Positions 12,001 to 21,179 of a DNA stretch of 64,000 bases are shown here, one piece after another (within the stretch, counting starts at the first letter, position 1; each line of letters opens with the position of its first letter). This DNA is from Caecitellus pseudoparvulus (Eukaryota; Protista; Bigyra: Bicosoecida), in NCBI GenBank assembly GCA_965644315.1, contig CBFFRQ010000053.1, forward strand, positions 372,001 to 436,000. Reading direction: 5' to 3'. The position numbers were made by a program, and so were the translations under genes. A model generated the notes under the pieces. The model saw only the letters and a list, made by a program, of their open reading frames with translations, did no database searches and was not told where the DNA came from.

Positions 12001-14757
12001 TTCCCGAGGTCCACTGCGCCGCTTGCCTGGGCTGCGCCGACACAGCAACTGTGGTGGAACTGGCGCAACCTCTTGGTGCTTTTCGCGTTTGCGGCGGACC
12101 TTCTCTTGATGTCTGCGCCCGCTTTCCTTGCTGAGACTCCGTGGTTTGCCTACCTGCCGGTGAAGGCGCTGGCGCGCTTCTTCGGCTTCACCATCTGGCG
12201 CAATATCCCTACATACTGGACCTTTTTTGGGCTCTTTGCTGTGCTCATGGTTGTGGCTTTGGTCGCATTGTACGCACATGACCAGCAGCGCTCCAATGCT
12301 CTGAAGGCAGTCTTGCTTCGAAAGCGGAGGCGCGCAGCAGCTTCCGCCGATGAAGATTCGGACGATCTTCCTCTGAGATCTGCTCCCGATGAGCCAGGAT
12401 TCAAGGAGGACCTTGAGGATTCTGAAGACGAGGGTGCTTCAAGGGGGCCCCCAGGGGGTGGTGAAGAGCAAGAAGCAAAACTTGCGTCACCGCGTAACAG
12501 GCCCGCAGCCGTAGGAAGGCGCAGGCAGCTTGCTCCTCTTGGCCGCCGCAAGCACTCTCCTCCCAGCTTGACCGACTCCCGCTCCTCAGACAAGCTGGAG
12601 GGGCGAGGCAGGCGTGATAGCACGACTTCGCACGCTTCTGACACAGCAACGAAAGCTTTACCAGCAATAAGGCCTGGGAAGAAGCTGGCCACGCGCAGCG
12701 CGCCCAGTGACGCCCGAGTTGTCCCAAGCAAGCCAAAGGTGCCGGCCGTGGAAACGAACGTGCTGAATGGGCGGGGTCTCTCGGTGCAGGAAGAGGAGTT
12801 GGTGAATCGTCGCATGGCACAGTACAACGCTCTGACCTTCCTCGTGCTCCTTTTGCTCCTCGTCCTGCTCGTGCCCATGTTGGACATTTTCCTGGAGGTG
12901 TGGACCTGCGCCTTCCCCTTTGGAGGGTTTTTCTATGGCGAGCAGGGGCAGTGTCTGGAGAGCACCTGCTGGGGAGCGGACCACCTGGCTGGCCTGTTCT
13001 TCTCGGCTTTGCTGCTTGCTTGGCTTGCCCCGATGGCCACCGTCATGTTGGTCAGCCGCATGCGGTATGACCAGGTGTCAGTGTGGCGTGAAGAACCAAT
13101 TGACTTGTACATCAGCAAGCGTGCTTTCCGTAAGTACTCTAAGCAGTATCAGCACAAACTGGAGCTGCAGCTCACCGCAGAGTACACGTTTGTCGCCGTG
13201 CTGACGAAGTTTGCGCTGGCTTGGTCTGGTGTCGTCGTTTCCCGATCCAGCACCATTGCTTCATCTGTGCTGAGCGTAATCATTTCCGTTGCGTCTGCAG
13301 TTTGGGTTTGGCGAAATCAGGACAACTTGATGAACATGCACCGCCTTCGCTTCGTGCCGGTGGTCGTGCATGCGTTCGCTGCCGTCGTCTGCTGCTTACT
13401 TGCCATCAATGAAGCAGCAACTCACGGGACAAATCCCACCGTTGAGGTGGAGGAGAGTGATGACGTGCTTCAAGAAGACCCTGACCTGAGTGGAACCACG
13501 TCAGGGGTCGTGAACATGGCAAGCGACGAGTTCTACGCTGCACACCCTGCAGTTGTGATCACATCTATTCTTTGGTTGCTGGTGCTACTTGGGGGCTGTA
13601 TCTGGGCCAAGCGCACAGATTCGCACGCCTTCCCGGGACTCCCACTGTTCCGTAAGCCCCGGAAAGGGGCTGCCCCTGCGCCTGCCGATGACTCGAGCGA
13701 CTCGGAGCTGGATGACACCACCCAGCGGGACGTGGATCGACAGGCCGATGCAACGATTTCAGCCGTGCTTAGTGCTGAGGACAGCGCGCTGCATGAAGTA
13801 TCTGCAGTGGCTCCTGTGCCTAGCACCGAGGGTGGATCAGATGACGACATGCCTGAGGCTCCCGACAGCCCTCTCAGCGGAATCCGCCCCTTCTCTCCTG
13901 ATGAGACTGCAGAGTCCATCGCGCTTCCTGGTGCTGTTGATGCAGAAACTGGCCTACCTCAGCTCAGGGCCATTAGCGGCCACTCACGACGTGGGCTAGT
14001 AGACATGATGGGGCAGGAATCGAGTGAGAGTGTAAAGGATCGCTTGTCACGCTTCAAGGCTCGTCATACCCGCTTCGATGTCGGGGGATTGGGCGGCTCC
14101 TCAGACGAGGAAGACTTCCAGCCGGTCGGTGATCGCGTGGCGGTGGAGGCGCTTGCCTTCGCCCCAGACGGCTCAGACAGCACAAGCGATGATGACTATG
14201 GGGTGGACACCGTACAGGAAGTGGACGTGGTCGGGGCAATGGTTGCAGCAGCTGCAACGGATGCGATGGCTCTAGGGCATGACGACGACGCAGACCTCTG
14301 GCGTGGAGAGTACGGGGACTCTGAGGACACCTCCTCAGATGAAGACGGCTCAGACTTAGGTAGCCACTCCTTCCACCCAAATCTTGGTGGTAGGTGGGCC
14401 CAGCGCCCTGGCGAGACAACAATGAGCCTTGACGATGCGCTGGCAGTGCCCCCAGGCGACTCGCGGGCGCCCAGGCTTCAACCACCAACCAGCACCACTG
14501 CGCATCTCTTTGCTGAAGAGTCCCTCTCTTCCTTGCCAGATTCAGCGTCAGACATCGGCTTCGTCCCCCCTGCTCAGTTCCAGCAGCCATCGACGGCCCC
14601 ACCAGGAGGAGACGGGGCTGACTTGGCCACACAACTCTTCTCCATGAACCACGGCGCTGACACTGACTCTTCTGATGCGTTGTCAACAGTTGATGAGGAT
14701 GACGAAGATGATGCATCCCGAGCGGCGGAGCGAGAGTTTGGTCGATGGATGCAGTGA
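3..14757 (+). CDS. Giant multi-pass cell-surface protein (5'-partial, >4,900 aa): tandem Ig-like two-domain repeats, EGF-like repeats, TSP1, about 9 TM helices, acidic C-terminal tail; one apparent frameshift at 3331-3364
   Basis: The frame of ORF 39..3497 is open back to the window edge. It joins ORF 3286..14757 if the 34-bp insertion at 3331-3364 (absent from the second repeat copy near 5340) is removed. Recurrent motifs 'VG..V...V.lPEG...LCTL.N.D.DN' and 'VVEP.L...DAGD.v.F...H...SD..AF...L.D...SH...R.Y'. Cys-rich CSGNGQC/CECKAGWTGPNC at about 11280-11610. TSP1 WSNWTVCSAPCDGG..TRYR at about 11677-11833. Hydrophobic helices at about 11935-13610. Confidence 0.85.
2607..3717 (+). repeat. Direct repeat copy 1 (1,111 bp including a 34-bp insertion) inside the giant CDS
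   Basis: Matches 4621-5697 from gtggtggagcccttcttgcag to gtgtccatgacaccc; the only difference I can see is the insertion at 3331-3364. Confidence 0.95.
4621..5697 (+). repeat. Direct repeat copy 2 (1,077 bp, in frame)
   Basis: Same sequence as 2607-3717 without the insertion; identical peptides appear in the ORF track. Confidence 0.95.
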
Positions 14758-15155
14758 TTTCACCCCGAATCAGCCTCGCCAAAGTGTGAGTTCAGGCAGA
14801 TGCGCAGGCGGTGCATTTGAGAACGAGGAAAGCTCCCATTTGCCTCGGAGCTGTCTGGTGGCGGGCAGACGCATTAGAATACGGTGCTATCTGTCTACTC
14901 GAGGGGTGGGTCTGCCGCCAGATGGCTGCCGACAGACCCACAGCGATTTGTGAAGGAGCTGCGAGTGAACGCAGACTCGCACTGTGTGTGGTGACTCGAG
15001 GCTTGCTGCAGCGAGCAGCACGCGCCCGATACCAAGCAGCGTGATCCGGACACCACACACAGAGCCATGAAAGCTGTTCCCGGGACACGATTGGGGGAGC
15101 AAGAGCCCGCTCACCCGATCAGAGAATGGCTAGAATGCATGCATTTGGCACTTGT

Positions 15156-16826
15156 TCAACCCCCTGAAAGCGCCTTGAAGAACGCTTGCAAGTGTCTCCG
15201 ATACTGGGTGATCTCAGCCTGGTCTGTCCATGCTGCGATGTCTTCTCTGTGTTGCAGTTGTGCGCACTTTTCGGCGTAAAGCAGGCAAGCGACGCCGCAG
15301 TCGAATCCTGTGTGCTGCTGACGGGCATGGATCGCGGAGACTGTGACGTTCTGCCAACCATCGGGGATGGGGTAGGCTGCATCAAGCCACAACAAGAGCT
15401 GCCTTGGCACGGAGCGCATTGAAAGGCCAGTGCGGCGCGTCCCTGGTTTTCCCATTGGCTCGAACACTTCAATACTCGGATATGGGTCAAATCGGATGCG
15501 AATCAAATTCCAGTGGTTGTTGCCGACGTTTGCAAAGCATACAATCGGTTTGCTCTGGTGCACCTGAGTGAGGGTGACGCACGTGTGTGAGCTTGGAACT
15601 GCCTTGGGCCGGGGTCGCAGAAGGGTCTCCAGTGCAAACATCCTATTCTCAGCCGATGCCGCACAGCTCTGCTGTGCCGGAGCACGCCCTGCCACAGACT
15701 CCAAGGCTGAACGGGTCCTGAAAGCTTCATGCTGCTCCCATGCAATTGACATGTCACGAAGGCTCGGCGGAAAGGAGACCCTCCAGGAGCTCGCTGAATC
15801 TCCTGTCATGGGAGTCAGGACAATGCGGGGCGTGAAGGCCCTGTGCTCAATGCTTCTGAGCGCTTCGGACGTGAGGGGTGGGGGCAAGGCATGCTGGACC
15901 CGTTCGAACGTTCCCACCAGCGCGGACAATGCACGGGCTGCTTTTCTGAAACGAGGCTGGTGCCACCAAGCGAGCTGCTGCCTCTCGGTGGGTGCCTCTT
16001 CATTTGAAAGTGGCCAGGCGTCAAAAGCACGCATTCGCCTTGTCATCGTCAAGCACAGGTGCCAGCCTGAGTTGACGCTGGCCTCCTCACTTTCCGCGGA
16101 AGACCAAGTTGCGTGCACACAACTGAGGCGAGATGCTACTGAAAATGGGGCATGGTCCCGCTGCAGCTCATGGCACGGTGCCACTGCCAACGCAGCTGAT
16201 GCCAGTGCTGAGCGGGCGGAGTCGGAAGAAAAGCGCTTGCTGGATGGGACAGAATCGGCGTGAACTTGCTTTGACACTTCCAGGGGAGGAGGGGGGCTAG
16301 GAAAACGAACAGTGCGGCCTTGCAAATCGATAGGACGAAATGCTGCTAACGAACCGTGCTGCCGCGCTGCATGTGGGAGGCTGTAGGCAAGGAACTCGCA
16401 TGGAAGAAAGTGCACCCTGTCGTACACGCTTGCAAACTGCATAGACACAAAGTCAATCAAGGGACTTGAGAGCCAGGAGTCTCCGTTGACTGGCTCACTT
16501 GCAAGGTCCATGCTACATGCCATGCTCACGATGTCAGAGAGCCCTGGCACGTCTGCCGTGGACCTCGGCAGCGTATGGGTCAGGGGTGTAGCGGCGCAGT
16601 CAAGCCGGCAAAGCATGCTTTGGAAAGGCGGGGGGTCTCTCCACTTGTAAGGAAGCATGGATCTGGGTACCTTGACCCGCACTTTTAGCCCGGGCGTAGG
16701 GAGGTCCTCGTGCAAGTCTGCACCTGCGCCTGCGCCAGAACCAGCGAACGTAGCCGCACCAGGCCCAATTGCTCCGTCAGACGGTTCAGAAGCGCCACAG
16801 CGAGGCCGCTTCCTCTGCGATGGCAT
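15156..16826 (-). CDS. Ulp1/SENP-like (peptidase C48, clan CE) ubiquitin-like-protein protease with a large internal insertion
   Basis: WLSSPLIDF (like WLNDEVINF), NVGNNHWNLI (catalytic His), EVFEPM (acidic residue), QQHTGFDCGV (oxyanion Gln and catalytic Cys); N-terminal basic QRKRPR motif (possible NLS). Confidence 0.75.
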   Translation of the reverse strand: MPSQRKRPRCGASEPSDGAIGPGAATFAGSGAGAGADLHEDLPTPGLKVRVKVPRSMLPYKWRDPPPFQSMLCRLDCAATPLTHTLPRSTADVPGLSDIVSMACSMDLASEPVNGDSWLSSPLIDFVSMQFASVYDRVHFLPCEFLAYSLPHAARQHGSLAAFRPIDLQGRTVRFPSPPPPLEVSKQVHADSVPSSKRFSSDSARSALASAALAVAPCHELQRDHAPFSVASRLSCVHATWSSAESEEASVNSGWHLCLTMTRRMRAFDAWPLSNEEAPTERQQLAWWHQPRFRKAARALSALVGTFERVQHALPPPLTSEALRSIEHRAFTPRIVLTPMTGDSASSWRVSFPPSLRDMSIAWEQHEAFRTRSALESVAGRAPAQQSCAASAENRMFALETLLRPRPKAVPSSHTCVTLTQVHQSKPIVCFANVGNNHWNLIRIRFDPYPSIEVFEPMGKPGTRRTGLSMRSVPRQLLLWLDAAYPIPDGWQNVTVSAIHARQQHTGFDCGVACLLYAEKCAQLQHREDIAAWTDQAEITQYRRHLQAFFKALSGG

Positions 16827-17307
16827 GAGCCCTCGATGAGACTGTTCTTGTCCACTGACAATGTCAGGCAGGGCCAGTCAAGCGGCTCCGGGGCCCGGGA
16901 ACTCAAGTCTATGGGCGCGGAAATTGAGTGGGCCACAGCACCGACCCAAGTTTTGCCACGAGCAAGATGACATAAGCTACGGCAGCAAGGCTGACTTCCG
17001 ACATGAGTGCCCCAGCCATGCTAAGAAATTTGAGCCCTTTCACTTGGGTGGCATGCCTGCGCATGGGGGGTGCCTCGACGCCGCGCCGGCAGCACAAGTC
17101 GCCCCTCGCACAAAATACCGGATGTGTCGACCGAGCGCACGCCTTTGCATGCGCCAGGGTTGAGGCCTAATCTCCATCTGTTTCTACCTGGGCGCACTTG
17201 TGTTGCGTCTGCCACTACCAATTTCCGCGCTGCCGCGAGCGCTTCCGTTGTCAGGTCCATAGCAACCCTCGGGGACTAGGCAATGAGTTCAAAACGTCGA
17301 TCAATGA

Positions 17308-18739
17308 ATGATACTCGCAGTTTCATTTGCTCTCCTCAAAACTTTTCGCCCTAATGTGCCACGCGCAGGGTCTGGCTTTTCCTGGGACACCGTCAAAGGT
17401 GACGAGCACCGTGAGAACTACCTCGGCCATTCATTGCGTGCGCCTGTCGGGCGCTGGCAACATGGCAGGTCTGTATATTTAAGCATGGCGCATTGTACTT
17501 GCCGAAGCATGTCCGCTCCCTCCCCGTCGCAGGGATCTGATGTGGTACACCAAAGCTGCTCCGAGCACATCCTCCGGCAGAGCATCACAATTCGTGTCCG
17601 CTAAGCAGCACGACGACGAGCTGATGAGGCGGGCCCTGTGAGTGTCTGCCAGACGAGAAACACAAGCAGCAGATCATGGTTCTCTTTTTTCTCGCAGTGG
17701 GCTTGAGCCAAGGCCTAGGGAAGACCTACAACCAAGCACTGGGCACACCCTGACACCGGCGGAACGAGCCAAGCTATTTGGTAGGTCGGAGCACAGCGAC
17801 CATACCCTCAAAGGAGAACGCACATCTGGCCTAGGAAGTGAGGGGGTTGCGTTTAGCGCTGCAGATGCGTCAAAAGCTCTCAGCTCCGCCGAGGACTTGG
17901 CGAGGGCACGGGGCAGAGTGTATGGCTCAAAGCCAGGGAGAGCGGCGGCTGCAAGGGCGCCATCTGCTGAGAGGCCTGTCTCTCCTGAAGCTGCTCAACT
18001 CAGTTCTGGGGGTGCCACTATCTCTCACGAAGCATCCGCGGGCGCAGCACAGCACAGCCCATCAGCGAAAGATTCTTCTCGCATAGGCATCCACAGACAC
18101 CAGCCTACGAGCGACCAGCCCCACCGATCCCGGGACAGGTATGGCGATGACCGGCCCCACCGATCCCGGGACAGGTATGGCGATGACCGGCCCCACCGAT
18201 CCCGGGACAGGTATGGCGATGACCGGCCCCACCGATCCCGGGACAGGTATGGCGATGACCGGCCCCACCGATCCCGGGACAGGTATGACCATGACCGGCC
18301 CCACCGATCCCGGGACAGGCATGGCGATGACCGGCCCCACCGATCCCAGGACAGGCATGGCGATGACCGGCCCCACCGATCCCAGGACAGGTATGGCGAT
18401 GACCGGCCCCACCGATCCCGGGACAGGTATGGCGATGACCGGCCCCACCGATCCCAGGACAGGTATGGCGATGACCGGCCCCACCGATCCCGGGACAGGC
18501 ATGGCGATGACCGGCCCCACCGATCCCGGGACAGGTATGGCGATGACCGGCCCCACCGATCCCAGGACAGGTATGGCGATGACCGGCCCCACCGATCCCG
18601 GGACAGGTATGGCGATGACCGGCCCCACCGATCCCGGGACAGGCATGGCGATGACCGGCCCCACCGATCCCAGGACAGGTATGGCGATGACCGGCCCCAC
18701 CGATCCCGGGACAGATATGGCCAGAATTCCTTACTATGA
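17308..18739 (+). CDS. MMTAG2: MMTAG2/C1orf35 homologue (multiple myeloma tumour-associated protein 2 family), 3 exons, with an RD/RS-rich repetitive C-terminus; start codon uncertain
   Basis: Spliced product reads [31 protein letters not shown]|DLMWYTK...LMRRAL|GLEP, matching the family motif F.WedVK.DK.RENYLG.SL.APVGRWQ.GRDL.WY.K. GT-AG introns at 17469-17532 and 17638-17697 keep the frame. Confidence 0.88.
18113..18724 (+). repeat. Coding minisatellite, 17 x 36 bp (gaccggccccaccgatcccgggacaggtatggcgat), encoding DRPHRS[R/Q]DR[Y/H]GD
   Basis: Head-to-tail units counted directly; no spacers between them. Confidence 0.97.
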
Positions 18740-19346
18740 ACCTTGTTGCTTCCATATCAGGACTTTCGGTTGAATTGTCTGCTCCAGTCTTCCGCAGCTC
18801 GTGTCCGCCAACAACAGGCAGGTCTGAAAATGTAAACTCTGTACGGAAGCAAACCAAATCCGTTCACGCCCAAACTTGGCAACTGCAAAGCATCCCTATC
18901 TCAGCATATGAATGGCTCCTCGTCTGTCTAGCTTGGTCACGTAAGGGAAACAATACCAGACAACGGGGTGGCCGGCCAATGGAGGGCAAACAGAAGTCGC
19001 TTGCCGCATCCCAGGCCCAGGAACGTGCCCAGCTGCTCGCGAGCATGCACGAAAGCATCCAGAATCAGGCCCTCAAAGCAGGTTTGACGAGCCAAAGACA
19101 GCATGCAGGCATGCTATGGCAGCGCCAGCGTTTTATCCGGCACCTCCAGCGAACTGGCATTCGGCGGAATTTGGTTGCCGTGGCAGCTGCTGCGGGTGCG
19201 TTCTGCAAAGCGGCCTTGCATTTCAGACCCACAACTACGCCCTTTACTTTGCAGTATTCATGCTTGCCTCCGGCTCACAAGAAGTGGGTAGGGCAGGACC
19301 ACCCAGCGCTTCCAGCTTCTTCTGAGGCGACCACATTGCCAGTCAG

Positions 19347-20807
19347 TCACCCAGCAGGATCGATGGAGCCAAGAACTTCACCTTGCTTCATGTCAAGCAT
19401 GGGCACGGGGCAAGAGACCCCACCTTGGAGCAGATTCCCCCCTTTGAACTTTGCCAGCGTGCAAGGCTCGGCAGCAACCTGCCCAACATCAGCCAAGGCC
19501 AGTCGCTTGTCTGGAGGTACTTGTAAGAAGTCGTACATGGCGGCTGCCACTTCGCGGGGGGCATCCAGTGGCACCCAATGAGAGCAATCTGTGGGAAAGG
19601 GGGTTTGCACTGCTACTGTGGGCACATCTCTGCGGGCTTCGCAGCACTCTCACTGGTCAACCTCAGCTCCCATAAGTCTTCAACGCGGTGTTGCTGTCCG
19701 GAGTATGTACTTCTGCAGATGGCCCCGTCTGAATCTGGAATGATGCTCAAGACTGGGGTTGGAAGAGTGTCTTCTTGACTGCCTGAGAGCAAGCTATAAA
19801 TGATATTGCGGGTGAAGAGGTTGCGGTAGTAGTTCAGCGCACACGTGGTGGTGCCTGGAGTTGAACTGTTCCAACAGTAAGCTTGTATGTCATCAGGCTG
19901 GACAGCACCTTTTCGGCGAGCAGCCATGACCCCCCCGTTGAATACGCCTTTGCGAGTCAGGAAGTGGTTGCGCCTGGAAACGAAGAGCTCTGGTATCCAT
20001 GGGAGGTTGAAGAACGCAATGTACCAGCTCTTTGATAGCTGCGCTGCCCCCATGTTGGCAGCCCAGCACGTCGGATGTGGCATGCTCATGCACACCATGT
20101 GTGAGAACAATGCAGGGAACCGCTGCACCACCTGCCACCCAATCGCAGCCCCCCAATCGTGGCAAACAAGAACACACTGTTGGTGTCCCAGAGCTGGGAC
20201 CATGGCTCTAACGTCCTGCACCAAAGTCTCCATGTCATACTCTGCGGAACCCCACCAAGAGGGCGACGGATGGTCGCTGAAGCCATACCCCCTCATGTCC
20301 ACTGCCACCACGCGGAAAGACTTGTGCATGCTCTTCAGTACGTGCTTGTATGAGTACCAGCATTCAGGGAATCCGTGCAGGCTGGGAGGCAGGTCATTGG
20401 GCAAGACTGGCTACGAGACAAGTGCCCACCAGACCCTGCTTAGGGCAAGCACGCACCACAGCATAAGCGGGCCTTCCCCACGCTGCACAGCGTGAAATCT
20501 AATTCCATTTGCCTTGAAGAAGAAATGGTATCCATGCATATCGCCGATGGCGCCTGCAGGCGGGCTGAGATGGTACGGCAAGCTGCTGGTGCGGAATATC
20601 GTGCAGATGCACTTCAGCACATCCCAAGACTGCTCACGGGAAGTACTGGGCTTGCCAGAAGTCCCGCTTTGTCAGCCATTCAAAGGTCAGTAGGAGGGCT
20701 ATCGGTAGGGCAACTATCACAGCGATAAACTGAGACGCAATGAAAAGGCACTGAAGCTGCAGCCAGAGCCACAGCTCATTGGCCACAACTTGTGACCTGC
20801 CGGCCAT
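19347..20807 (-). CDS. Epoxide hydrolase 3/4-like alpha/beta hydrolase with an N-terminal membrane anchor (4 exons)
   Basis: LHGFPECWYS (HGxP motif), DMRGYGFSD, CHDWGAA (nucleophile Asp), SWY and NYYR tyrosines, SHWV in the last exon (catalytic His). Hydrophobic N-terminal exon starts MAGRSQVV at 20807; GT-AG introns near 20640-20590, 20455-20385 and 19652-19590. Confidence 0.88.
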
Positions 20808-21179
20808 CCTGTGGCCCCTGGGAAATGGCGAGCTTGTACAATGGAAATGTTCGTCCTTCATAATAGTGAATGGTGGAAAGCCTCTCTGGGTCTCGCAATT
20901 TTGAAAGGGACTCTGCAGCAGGATGCTCGGCTGCACGTGCTGAGCAGCAGCTTGAGGCAACGCTAGCATGCTAGCATGAGGCGTGCTCACACAAAACACA
21001 CCGGGTAGAAAATGCGGGCCCGTGAGCCCCACTTGTGGGCTGCTGCATCTACAGGCAAGCACTTCGCACTTGCCTTCGGTACTGTGTTGGGCTTTCGCAT
21101 GGGAGCCAGCACATCTCTACAGGTCAATTGACAGCGCGAGCACTCCTCCCCGTGACTCGACACAAGCTTCGAAACAGAG

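Noticed and set aside
16861-17279. Short ORFs between the Ulp1-like and MMTAG2 genes
   Set aside because: No recognisable motif or convincing splice model; probably a divergent promoter/UTR region.
18113-18724. 36-bp repeat array as a CRISPR array
   Set aside because: Units are contiguous with no unique spacers, there are no cas genes, the context is eukaryotic, and the array is in frame within MMTAG2 exon 3.
18062-18857. Alternative-frame repeat ORFs ([36 protein letters not shown])
   Set aside because: By-products of a stop-free 36-bp unit; only the [12 protein letters not shown] frame connects to conserved spliced exons.
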